NCBI RefSeq assembly: GCF_900232105.1 | Contig: NZ_LT934425.1 | Coordinates: 1,620,001 to 1,652,000, forward strand | Direction of reading: 5' to 3' | DNA: 32,000 bases | Origin: Candidatus Kuenenia stuttgartensis | Lineage (GTDB): Bacteria > Planctomycetota > Brocadiia > Brocadiales > Brocadiaceae | In this document: piece by piece, positions 1-8,006 of the stretch | Layout: each line of letters begins with the position of its first letter | Numbering within the stretch: the first letter of the stretch is position 1 | The notes under the pieces: model-generated | Databases searched by the model: none | The model's input: the letters and a program-made list of their open reading frames with translations, nothing else | What the model was told of the DNA's origin: nothing | Made by a program: the position numbers and the translations under genes

Positions 1-3
1 GAT

Positions 4-44
4 TTGTAGTGGCAAGGCGTACCTCATACGCATCAACCTAACTT
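4..44. repeat. Left inverted repeat of the IS-like element
   Basis: ttgtagtggcaaggcgtacctcatacgcatcaacctaactt; its reverse complement matches 2735..2775 at 36/41 positions. Confidence 0.85.
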
Positions 45-132
45 TTACTGAAAAGCCAGCAGTTGAAGCAAAGCAGAAGTAAAGAGATTAATTTTTCAGA
101 ATGGGGATTCACCTCCCTCATATACTAAGAAC

Positions 133-1083
133 TTATTGGGATTGTTGTAACACGGAACGGAATTCTCTGCACAGTGGATACACCATTATTAATTTTACAT
201 TTTCGTAAAGTTTGGAATAATCTCCCAATTTCCCCCTCCCCTTCGTTTCTCCTAAATAAATCCAATTTGCTGCCTTATAGCATGTACCCCTGAAACGTTT
301 TTTTTCTACAAACGTCTCTAACATTACAGGCCGGTATTTGTAACGATCTTCCCAATCATTCGGCAGTTTTTTGGCGACTAAGCCCAATACCCTTGATGCA
401 AGATTCCTTGACTTTATCCAGGGCAAAATCAAAAACCGGCAATTATTTACTATCAGATTGAGATTTTGTTCCCGAATCTGCCTACTCCATCCGATAAAGT
501 CTTCTCTTGCCTGCACATTCCACGCTGATGCACCAAAACCTAATGCCCCAAGTACGCCGTAACGACTGTTTATCTGATAGCGAAGTTGGGCGCCTACCAA
601 TCTTTTATATCCTAAATAATGCCAACGATGAATCATTTCGTTCCATATACGGGATTCTACAGGGGTTTTTACTATATCCAGACTTATATCTCCAATCTCT
701 CCGGCTGATAGGTTGAGCAATGGCTGGTTATCATTTAACATATTACTATGCTTGTACGGCTTGCCATCGCCATTCCCATTTCGATTCAAAGATGGCGGCA
801 AGGAGAACCACCCATCTCTTTCCATCCGCAGCAGCGCTACACGGCAACTCATATCCTTTAGCTTGCCGTCTGCCTTTCTCCACTCAAAGCGCTCACATAT
901 CTTCACCGAAATAGCCGTCCGGCACAAACCCTTTGTCCTGACTATTTCACTAATAATTTTCATTTCTTCCATCGTAAAGTCGCGCCCACAATAACGAACC
1001 GGCGCGGCAGACTGATGCAACGCAACGGCAGATTTGATTCGTTCAGGCTCTTTGAGAATATGATTCCTGTTGTCCCCTGTCAT
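133..1083 (-). CDS. DUF4338 / Druantia DruA-family protein
   Basis: 316-aa ORF with family-typical blocks: WNEMIHRWHYLGYKRLVGAQLRYQI, LGFGASAWNVQAREDFIGWS, NCRFLILPWIKSRNLASRVLG, YRPVMLETFVE and RFRGTCYKAANWIYLGETKGRGK. Confidence 0.85.
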   Translation of the reverse strand: MTGDNRNHILKEPERIKSAVALHQSAAPVRYCGRDFTMEEMKIISEIVRTKGLCRTAISVKICERFEWRKADGKLKDMSCRVALLRMERDGWFSLPPSLNRNGNGDGKPYKHSNMLNDNQPLLNLSAGEIGDISLDIVKTPVESRIWNEMIHRWHYLGYKRLVGAQLRYQINSRYGVLGALGFGASAWNVQAREDFIGWSRQIREQNLNLIVNNCRFLILPWIKSRNLASRVLGLVAKKLPNDWEDRYKYRPVMLETFVEKKRFRGTCYKAANWIYLGETKGRGKLGDYSKLYENVKLIMVYPLCREFRSVLQQSQ

Positions 1084-2456
1084 AGTGAAAAACCCTCTAA
1101 AAATCCAACCTGTCCACTTATTAATTCAAGGGTTGTTTTGCGCCGCCTCTTTTGTTTTAACAGTCCTTTGGGGAAACTCTTTAACAATTCTTCCATAAGC
1201 GCCGGAAGCATATTATCTGCAATCGCACGGCTCAGACGCCCTTTTCTTTGTAACCATTGAATTAGCTTTACCCCACTCACCTCCCGGCACATAGTACTAT
1301 GACAATACCATGCGCTTAGCGCATATATCCGCGTTACGATACATATCATTATCAACCGGCCATATAACAAACAACGAATCCTTTCTTCACGGGTACCCCT
1401 CATTACATCCATCCGGAATAATTGTTTCCATTGCTTAAATACCAACTCTATCTGCCACCTTATCCGGTATATTGTGCCTACTACTTCCGGCGACCAGATT
1501 TCCGCCCCTACATTGGTGATATAGAAGCTATAGTCTAACCACTCTAAATATTCACGGGACAAGGTCTTTCCACTCTTTTGTACCGCTCTTTTGGCTTTGC
1601 GTCTGCGCTCATTTATTACATGCCCGGGCGCACGGTACGCTATCAGACGGCTGCATATCCTCTCTTCTCCAAGATAAACCTCCATGTCTGCGAGACCTTT
1701 ATTGCCTATGTGTTTCTTTACATATGACACAAGGTCTATGGCTTCTGCACCGGGATCTGCGCTTAAATAGACTTTGGTACTCTTGAAGAAGCGGCTTAAA
1801 TAATATGCCCCTTTTCCTTCAATATCCCCTAATACCGAAAGATCAAAATATCCCAAATCCCTCAACAGCAAATCCCTTTCCCCTATATGTTTCAATACCT
1901 TTGCTCCGTTTTTCTGATCAGGATAGGTGCCTTTCGTAATAGAAACTTCTTTCAATATATGATGTACCGCCTCATATAATAAATCTATCTTTACGGATGA
2001 TTTGCTCGCACTGCCTCCCGTACCTTTGAATTCTTCCGCCAAATGCTCATTGAGCGCTATTTGGGTACTATCCTGGAGATACACATTCGAAAATTGCTCT
2101 AATGCTACAAAAGGTATTTTCTCTAATTTAGGACATACCTGTTCTTTGTATATTGCTTCAAACGTACGTTCTAAAAACGATACTGCTTTATCGCTATTTA
2201 TCTTTTTACTCAATGCCTGTGGGGTTATATCTGACTCGGGAGACTTCTCGCGAAGAACATCACTTAATCCTTCCAAAGAAATTATTCCGCTATCAAAATG
2301 CCCGGCAGACAACAGTTCTACAAAATCTCTGCCGGATACCTTGTTGGTGGAACGTTGTACAAAGCATGTCTCACGGGCAATTCTGTCCAAATTGTCCTCA
2401 TCCAAACTCTTTACATGTTCTTGTGTGATTTCTTTTAGTCTTTTATGGTGAGACAC
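1080..2456 (-). CDS. IS4-family DDE transposase
   Basis: 458-aa ORF with YLQDST (first Asp), RDLGYFDL (second Asp) and YRIRWQIELVFKQWK (Y-x2-R-W-x-I-E signature of IS4-type transposases). Confidence 0.85.
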   Translation of the reverse strand: MSHHKRLKEITQEHVKSLDEDNLDRIARETCFVQRSTNKVSGRDFVELLSAGHFDSGIISLEGLSDVLREKSPESDITPQALSKKINSDKAVSFLERTFEAIYKEQVCPKLEKIPFVALEQFSNVYLQDSTQIALNEHLAEEFKGTGGSASKSSVKIDLLYEAVHHILKEVSITKGTYPDQKNGAKVLKHIGERDLLLRDLGYFDLSVLGDIEGKGAYYLSRFFKSTKVYLSADPGAEAIDLVSYVKKHIGNKGLADMEVYLGEERICSRLIAYRAPGHVINERRRKAKRAVQKSGKTLSREYLEWLDYSFYITNVGAEIWSPEVVGTIYRIRWQIELVFKQWKQLFRMDVMRGTREERIRCLLYGRLIMICIVTRIYALSAWYCHSTMCREVSGVKLIQWLQRKGRLSRAIADNMLPALMEELLKSFPKGLLKQKRRRKTTLELISGQVGFLEGFSL

Positions 2457-2734
2457 GGTTTAATTTGTATTTTTGATTTTGTAAGAAATTATGTAAGTTA
2501 TATTTTCCTTATATCAAAAAAATTTAGGTGTGTCCCGAAAAAAATGTGTTTATTTAAAAAAAAATTTTGCCCTCTCTTTGAAAGATTGTTGTTTTTAACC
2601 TCTCCCTTGCTTTAAATGCCGGTTTTTTATATCCTCTCAGCGTACAACGCACAAATAAACAAGCACGATAACGCTTCGCCTACCCACACTTAATATCACA
2701 TGTTCTTGCAATGCTAACCTTTACAACTACTGCC

Positions 2735-2775
2735 AAGTTAGGTTGATGCGTATGAGGCGTACCTTGCTACTACAA
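2735..2775. repeat. Right inverted repeat of the IS-like element
   Basis: aagttaggttgatgcgtatgaggcgtaccttgctactacaa; inverted match to 4..44. Confidence 0.85.
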
Positions 2776-2908
2776 GGAAAATGTTTTATTCCTGTTATAT
2801 AATTGGCACACGTGAATATCTTTTTCAAAAAACCAAATTGTTACGAAGCCTCTAAAATCAAGCATGGTGTCCCCGGAATTCTCTAAACATTTTGGAAAGA
2901 AGAACAAT

Positions 2909-3121
2909 ATGTTTCCCGATAAAGAGTACCTTTTAAAGGTAGTGAAGGCACGCATGCCTTTTGGCAAATACAAAGGACGATTGTTGATAGATTTGCCTGA
3001 AGCTTATATTGTATGGTTTGCCCAACAGGGATTTCCGAAAGGTGAATTGGGCAATATGCTTGAATGCGTTTACGAAATCAAGCTTAACGGACTGGAATAT
3101 TTATTGAATCCACTGCGATAA
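2909..3121 (+). CDS. DUF3820 family protein
   Basis: Probable start at the internal Met MFPDKEYLLK of ORF 2864..3121. The protein shows the characteristic MPFGKYKGRLLIDLPEAYIVWFAQQGFPKGELG...YEIKLNGLEYL. Confidence 0.8.
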   Translation: MFPDKEYLLKVVKARMPFGKYKGRLLIDLPEAYIVWFAQQGFPKGELGNMLECVYEIKLNGLEYLLNPLR

Positions 3122-3181
3122 TGTAATATGTGCAAATTGGGTGGGGTGAGATTCTCTCTTCTTCATGGATTAAGCGACAGA

Positions 3182-3214
3182 GAATCCACCGTTTCATTAT
3201 TATTTGGTGGATTC
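3182..3214. repeat. Hairpin: 9-bp inverted repeat GAATCCACC / GGTGGATTC
   Basis: Perfect 9-bp arms at 3182..3190 and 3206..3214 with a 15-nt spacer, intergenic. Confidence 0.6.
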
Positions 3215-3297
3215 GGTGGGAAAAAGCCGCACCTTAATCCACCCGACACGTTTTAAACACCAAATGAAACAACACTGCCTTAGCAAGCATGTATATT

Positions 3298-3330
3298 AAC
3301 CCTGACAGGGTTTGGAACCCTGTCAGGGTT
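3298..3330. repeat. Perfect 15-bp palindromic repeat in the intergenic region between convergent genes
   Basis: AACCCTGACAGGGTT-tgg-AACCCTGTCAGGGTT. It is REP-like or a possible bidirectional terminator. Confidence 0.75.
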
Positions 3331-3388
3331 GTTTCTTTCATTTTCAACGGTAGAAACAGATTTAAAAAGTTGTTTCTTTTCCAATCAA

Positions 3389-4387
3389 TCAGAAACTATG
3401 CAGATATCCCGTGCTTTTACATATATGGCAGACAGTGTTTTTCTTGTTTTTACTGCCCAGAATTTCTTTTCTGGCAGAAACGTACATTTCGTTATTCCAT
3501 ATTTGCGCAAAAGATTCCCTGTGAATATTGCCAAACGCAAATGTCTCGCTATAGACGGCGCAACAGGGCAGTACTGAGCCGTCCCAATTAATAACGGTTT
3601 CCGTCCAGGGAAGTGTGCAGGAGATTCGTTTTTTCTTTTTCTCAGGACAAACTAAAAATTTCCGGTTCCCGGGTATCCAGTCGGCATCTCTTTCCAGCGC
3701 ATCTTGTATTGTTTCAAAGATTTCCTTTCCCATATCAGGCCTCATCTTGTTTATTTTAATCTGGATGCCGATCCCTTTTGCCATTTTCTGCGCCTGCTCT
3801 CTCTCGTGTTCGTTCTGTTTAAAAACATGAAATAACCATACCAGTTTCGTCCTGCAGCCGTGCATTTCCTTTTTCTTTTGAACAAGGCGTTTCATATTTT
3901 CTGTTACCAAACCAAAATCTCCGCCAACATGATATTTGAGGTACGTTTCCTTACTTGCGCCATTACAGGAAATATACAACACCTTTAGTCCCGCGCGTAA
4001 CAGTTCCTCAACATCTTTGTCCTCCAGTTTCAGCGAAAGGTTTGTGCTTATTTTCACATCAATCCCATACTTTCGGGCATAGTGGATCATTGGCAGCAGA
4101 TCTTTATTTAAAAGAGGTTCTCCCCAGTTATATAACCGGATCAGCCTGAGGTATCTGCCGATTTCATCGAGGATTTTTTTGTACAATTCAAGAGGAATAA
4201 ATCCCTTTTTGGCGCTGCTGTCATGCTGTCCCGTAGGGCACAGGGGACAACGCAAATTGCACACATTGCCGGATTCAATGGTAATTTTTGATGGGAAATA
4301 CGGCAGGTTTGTCCTGCCAAGGAAAGTATAGATGCGGGATAAAATGGAATTAGACAGTTTTTTCATTTTGTTTTTTTTCTCTGCCAT
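3389..4387 (-). CDS. Radical SAM protein with SPASM-like C-terminal cysteine cluster
   Basis: CNLRCPLC (CxxxCxxC) near the N-terminus. C-terminal SCTLPW...GSVLPCCAVYSE...FGNI...CHICKSTG. An alternative start is the internal Met MKKLSN. Confidence 0.85.
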   Translation of the reverse strand: MAEKKNKMKKLSNSILSRIYTFLGRTNLPYFPSKITIESGNVCNLRCPLCPTGQHDSSAKKGFIPLELYKKILDEIGRYLRLIRLYNWGEPLLNKDLLPMIHYARKYGIDVKISTNLSLKLEDKDVEELLRAGLKVLYISCNGASKETYLKYHVGGDFGLVTENMKRLVQKKKEMHGCRTKLVWLFHVFKQNEHEREQAQKMAKGIGIQIKINKMRPDMGKEIFETIQDALERDADWIPGNRKFLVCPEKKKKRISCTLPWTETVINWDGSVLPCCAVYSETFAFGNIHRESFAQIWNNEMYVSARKEILGSKNKKNTVCHICKSTGYLHSF

Positions 4388-5141
4388 TCCCGTGCGTACG
4401 TTCCCAAAGTTTTACGTATTTGACAAATATGTAAAAAGCGTTTGTAATTGCAAGAATAAAGCCGGGCAGTCCGTCCAAAAACCCCCTCTTTAATATGTAT
4501 ACTTTAATAAACTTGTACAGCGGCCGGAAGATGAGCTGAAACAAACTAAAGCTTTTGTTTCGTTCTATCATAATACCGGAAAAAATATCCGAGTAATTAT
4601 CTATCGTCTTTAATTGGTGGGAAAGATTCCGGTAGTTAAAATGATATAAGTCGTGTTTCATATACTGTGTTTTTCCTTCGACACTTACCCTTCCATGCGG
4701 ATTTGTACCCTGCCACCTTCCACGTCCCCTTTTGAAGAGACGTAATTGATAATCAGGATACCAGTCGCCATGAAATATCCAGCGTCCCAGGTAACTGCTT
4801 CGTCTGGGGAAAAAAAACCCGTCTGCCGTTTCACGGCTCTTGAGAACATTTTGTATTTCCTTTGTAAGTTCTGGTGACAATCTCTCATCGGCGTCAAGGC
4901 AAAGCAGCCAGTCTTTCGTTGCCAGCCCTATCGTATGGTTCTTCTGGTCGATATTCCCGCCCCATGCACGCCGATAAACATGTTCCGTATATTCTTTGCA
5001 TATATCTACCGTTTTATCCGTGCTGAAAGAATCCACAACGATGATTTCGTCTGCCCATTTGACGCTTTCAAGGCAATCACGAATTCTTGATTCTTCATTA
5101 AAAGTAATGATACAGACAGAGACAGGATACGTTCGGGTCAT
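4350..5141 (-). CDS. Glycosyltransferase family 2 (WaaE/KdtX-like)
   Basis: 263 aa: VSVCIITFNEESRIRDCLESVKWADEIIVVDSFSTDKTVDICKEY...WLLCLDADERLSPEL. Confidence 0.88.
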   Translation of the reverse strand: MTRTYPVSVCIITFNEESRIRDCLESVKWADEIIVVDSFSTDKTVDICKEYTEHVYRRAWGGNIDQKNHTIGLATKDWLLCLDADERLSPELTKEIQNVLKSRETADGFFFPRRSSYLGRWIFHGDWYPDYQLRLFKRGRGRWQGTNPHGRVSVEGKTQYMKHDLYHFNYRNLSHQLKTIDNYSDIFSGIMIERNKSFSLFQLIFRPLYKFIKVYILKRGFLDGLPGFILAITNAFYIFVKYVKLWERTHGNGREKKQNEKTV

Positions 5142-5409
5142 TTTTCTTTATGCTAGATAGAGAGGGTTATGAACGACATGAAGCTGCGCTACTATTTTGT
5201 TGCGACTGCGCTCGTTCCTAAAGATCAAGCTTGGGAACGTAATGGCACTGGAAACTACATTAGCGGGTTCAAGCCTTTGGCGGTTTTTTTAAGAGAATAC
5301 CGAACCGCAGAACAAGGAATATCAAATATTAAAGCAAAATACTTCATCATTCTATATTCCTTGTTCTATATTCAATATTCGGTATTCCCGCCCGGGTATT
5401 TCTGCAAAA

Positions 5410-5431
5410 TTCCCAAACAGGAATTTGGGAA
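5410..5431 (-). terminator. Candidate hairpin downstream of gyrA
   Basis: TTCCCAAA-caggaa-TTTGGGAA, followed on the minus strand by TTTTGC. It lies about 57 nt past the inferred gyrA stop. Confidence 0.3.
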
Positions 5432-5487
5432 TACTCAGGGTAAATACTTAAAGGCAATCTTCAAACAACTAAAATGTTACGTATTAT

Positions 5488-5946
5488 TTATTTCTCTTTC
5501 TCTTCCTGTTCCTGTTCCTGTTCCTGTTCCTGTTCCTGTTCCGGGATATCATTTTCAGTTTCTAAATCATCAGTGGCTGGATTTTCTTCGGGAATTACGC
5601 GGGCAACCGAGATTAATTTGTCTGTTTACCAATATCAAAAAGTTTGACGCCCTGGGTATTTCTTCCGATGATTCGAATCGTATTTACCGGAGTCCTTATG
5701 ATCTTCCCCCCTTTGTTATCATGATCAATTCATCGGTTTCTCTGACGTCAAGCAGCCCAACCACTTTCCGTTTCTTTCAGTAGTTTTAATATTGATAACT
5801 CCCTGGCCTCCTCTGTTTTTCGCCGAATACTCTTCAAAATTCGTTCGCTTGCCAAAGCCATTTCACAGATGGTCATAAGTGATGACTCATCATCGACAAC
5901 AACCATGCGCATACTTTATCACCATTTTTAAGCTTTATACCCTTTA
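5488..5946 (-). pseudogene. gyrA: Frameshifted C-terminal part of DNA gyrase subunit A
   Basis: Minus-strand translation across several frames gives RGVKGIKLKNGDKVCA / MVVVDDESSLMTICE / NGFGKRTNFEEYSAKNRGGQGVINIKTTERNGK / VVGLLDVRETDELIMITKG / KIIRTPVNTIRIIGRNTQGVKLFDIGKQ / (D)KLISVARVIPEENPATDDLETENDIP(EQ)6EEKEK-stop. Confidence 0.85.
5503..5542. repeat. Hexanucleotide tandem repeat (TTCCTG)6 plus partial copy, encoding Glu-Gln repeats on the minus strand
   Basis: ttcctg repeated six times, then ttcc. The minus strand reads GAA CAG x6 in the gyrA tail frame. Confidence 0.95.
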
Positions 5947-7995
5947 CTCCGCGCGAACACGTCCAACCGATCTTACGTCTTCCTCCGAAAAACGCACCGC
6001 TCCCCTGTTAGTTCCGAGTATGAGGTCTTGTTTTCCGTTGGTTAATTTTACCCCGATTAATGTGTCGCCCTCATCGAGGTTAATTGCTATAATACCGCCC
6101 TTTTTCGGATTGCCATACGCCTTGAGCACGGTCTTTTTGATAATGCCGTGGCTGGTTGCCATGACCAATTGCCTATCGTCAAAATTGCGGACAGGAATGA
6201 AGGAGGTTACGTTTTCTCCTTCTTTTAATTCCAGCAGGTTAATGAGCGCCCTTCCTTTTGTAATTTTACCCATTTGAGGAACATCATAAACCTTCAGCCA
6301 GTACACCTTGCCCTGATCCGTAAAAAAGAGGATATAGTCATGGGTTGATGCTACAAACAGGTGTTCGGCAAAATCCCCTTCCTTCATTTCCGCCCCGATA
6401 ACTCCCTTCCCGCCACGCTGTTGTTTACGATAGGCGCTTAATGGCAGCCGCTTTATATAGCCTTCATGGCTGATAATGACCGTTACATTTTCTTCCGTAA
6501 TAAGGTCTTCTCTCTCTAAATCGCCCACGGCGCCTACAATTTCCGTCCGGCGTTTGTCGCCAAATTGTTCTTTTATTTCCGCAACGTCTTTTTTTATAAT
6601 ATCCAACACTAACTTTTCATTTGCCAATATCGACTGGTATTCTTTTATATCCGCACACAGTTTTTCATATTCGGCGTCAATTTTTCCCTGCTCAAGACCT
6701 GTAAGCCTTTGCAGTCTCATATCCAGGATAGCGTTCGCCTGTATTTCCGAGAGAGAAAACGTAGAGATAAGCCCTCTTCGCGCCGCATCTACGGTATCCG
6801 AGGTTTTAATCAGTTCAATTACCCGGTCTATATTATTTAAGGCTATTTTTAAGCCTTCAAGCACATGCGCCCTGTTCTGTGCTTTTTCCAGTAAAAACCT
6901 TGTTCTTTTAACAATAACAACTTTTCTATGTTCAATGTAACATATCAGCATTTGTTTCAGATTAAGTGTTTCCGGACGATTGTCCACCAGCGCAATCATA
7001 ATAATGCTGAAAGTGTCCTGCAGTTTTGTGTGTTTATACAATTGGTTTAAAACTACCTCTTCATCTTCTCCCTTTTTCAGGTCGATTACCAGGCGGCTTC
7101 CGTGTCTGTCGCTTTCGTTTCGGACATCAGAAATCCCCTTGAGCAGTTCTTCTCGAACAAGGAGGGCGATACGTTCCAAAATATTATCTCTGTTGAGTTG
7201 GTAGGGGATTTCCGTTACGACAATGCTCTTTCTTCCGGTTTTTGACGTTTCAACATGTGCCTTCGCCCGTACGATTATCGTTCCCCTGCCGGTTTTGTAC
7301 CCTTCCTTAATCCCGCTTGTTCCGCAAATTTGCGCTCCTGTAGGAAAATCGGGGCCTGTGATCACCGTCATCAATTCTTCTATGGTGACTTCGGGGTTGT
7401 CAATAACCATGGCAATGCCGTCACATATTTCATTTGTATTATGCGGCGGGATGCTTGTTGCCATGCCAACGGCAATACCGGAACAGCCATTGCAAAGCAG
7501 GTTGGGAAATTTTGACGGCAGCACAACCGGTTCTGTGCGGGTATCATCGTAGTTGGGGGTATAATCCACCGTTCTCTTTTCAAGGTCCTCCATGATCGTG
7601 ATTGTCACGTCCGTCATGCGTGCTTCTGTGTATCGCATTGCGGCAGGTGGGTCCCCGTCAATTGAGCCAAAATTCCCCTGTCCCTGAATTAGGGGGTAGC
7701 GGTAATTAAAATCCTGCGCCATACGGACGAGGGTGGGGTACACTACCTGTTCGCCATGGGGATGGTAGTTTCCTGTAGTATCTCCGGCAATTTTGGCGCA
7801 TTTTCTGAATTTTGCACGCGGGCTGAGGTTAAGATCGTTCATGGCAACGAGAATGCGCCTCTGGGAAGGCTTTAATCCGTCTCTGGCGTCCGGAAGGGCC
7901 CGGCTCATGATAACGCTCATGGCATAGCTGAGATACGAATCCTTCATTTCTTCTTCAATGAACAAATCTTTTATATTTTCTTTTCTTTCGGTCAT
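5944..7995 (-). CDS. gyrA: DNA gyrase subunit A (open portion: N-terminal domain and part of CTD)
   Basis: 683 aa: SYAMSVIMSRALPDARDGLKPSQRRIL, YHPHGEQVVYPTLVRMAQDF, AAMRYTEARM, GyrA box QRGGKG. The ORF ends prematurely after RFSEEDVRSVGRVRAE. Confidence 0.97.
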   Translation of the reverse strand: MTERKENIKDLFIEEEMKDSYLSYAMSVIMSRALPDARDGLKPSQRRILVAMNDLNLSPRAKFRKCAKIAGDTTGNYHPHGEQVVYPTLVRMAQDFNYRYPLIQGQGNFGSIDGDPPAAMRYTEARMTDVTITIMEDLEKRTVDYTPNYDDTRTEPVVLPSKFPNLLCNGCSGIAVGMATSIPPHNTNEICDGIAMVIDNPEVTIEELMTVITGPDFPTGAQICGTSGIKEGYKTGRGTIIVRAKAHVETSKTGRKSIVVTEIPYQLNRDNILERIALLVREELLKGISDVRNESDRHGSRLVIDLKKGEDEEVVLNQLYKHTKLQDTFSIIMIALVDNRPETLNLKQMLICYIEHRKVVIVKRTRFLLEKAQNRAHVLEGLKIALNNIDRVIELIKTSDTVDAARRGLISTFSLSEIQANAILDMRLQRLTGLEQGKIDAEYEKLCADIKEYQSILANEKLVLDIIKKDVAEIKEQFGDKRRTEIVGAVGDLEREDLITEENVTVIISHEGYIKRLPLSAYRKQQRGGKGVIGAEMKEGDFAEHLFVASTHDYILFFTDQGKVYWLKVYDVPQMGKITKGRALINLLELKEGENVTSFIPVRNFDDRQLVMATSHGIIKKTVLKAYGNPKKGGIIAINLDEGDTLIGVKLTNGKQDLILGTNRGAVRFSEEDVRSVGRVRAE

Positions 7996-8006
7996 CTGCT
8001 ACTTTC

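Larger units (their letters stand above)
4..2775 (-). mobile_element. IS4-family-like insertion element with DUF4338/DruA-family passenger gene
   Basis: 41-bp imperfect inverted repeats (36/41 matching) at 4..44 and 2735..2775 enclose a DDE transposase ORF and a coupled DUF4338 ORF on the minus strand. Confidence 0.8.

Noticed and set aside
133-1083. Complete Druantia defence system
   Set aside because: Only the DUF4338/DruA-like gene is present. No DruB-E genes or large helicase are visible, and the immediate context is an IS-like element.
371-1260. Several plus-strand ORFs (63-93 aa) overlapping the IS genes
   Set aside because: They are antisense to well-supported DUF4338 and transposase ORFs, with no recognisable family content.
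2770-2973. 67-aa minus-strand ORF
   Set aside because: It overlaps antisense to the well-supported DUF3820 gene and shows no family signature.
5169-5783. 204-aa plus-strand ORF with a PVPVPVPV repeat
   Set aside because: Its 3' half lies antisense to the frameshifted gyrA C-terminus, and the PV repeat is the shadow of the GAACAG repeat encoding Glu-Gln. There is no independent coding support.
5740-5910. Possible truncated response regulator reading MRMVVVDDESSLMTICEMALASER on the minus strand
   Set aside because: MVVVDDESSLMTI is a normal part of the GyrA C-terminal domain. Adjacent frames continue with GyrA sequence, so it is not a receiver domain.
6476-7552. Plus-strand ORFs antisense to gyrA, including 154-aa and 109-aa ORFs
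   Set aside because: They are serine/leucine-rich shadows of a highly conserved coding gene.
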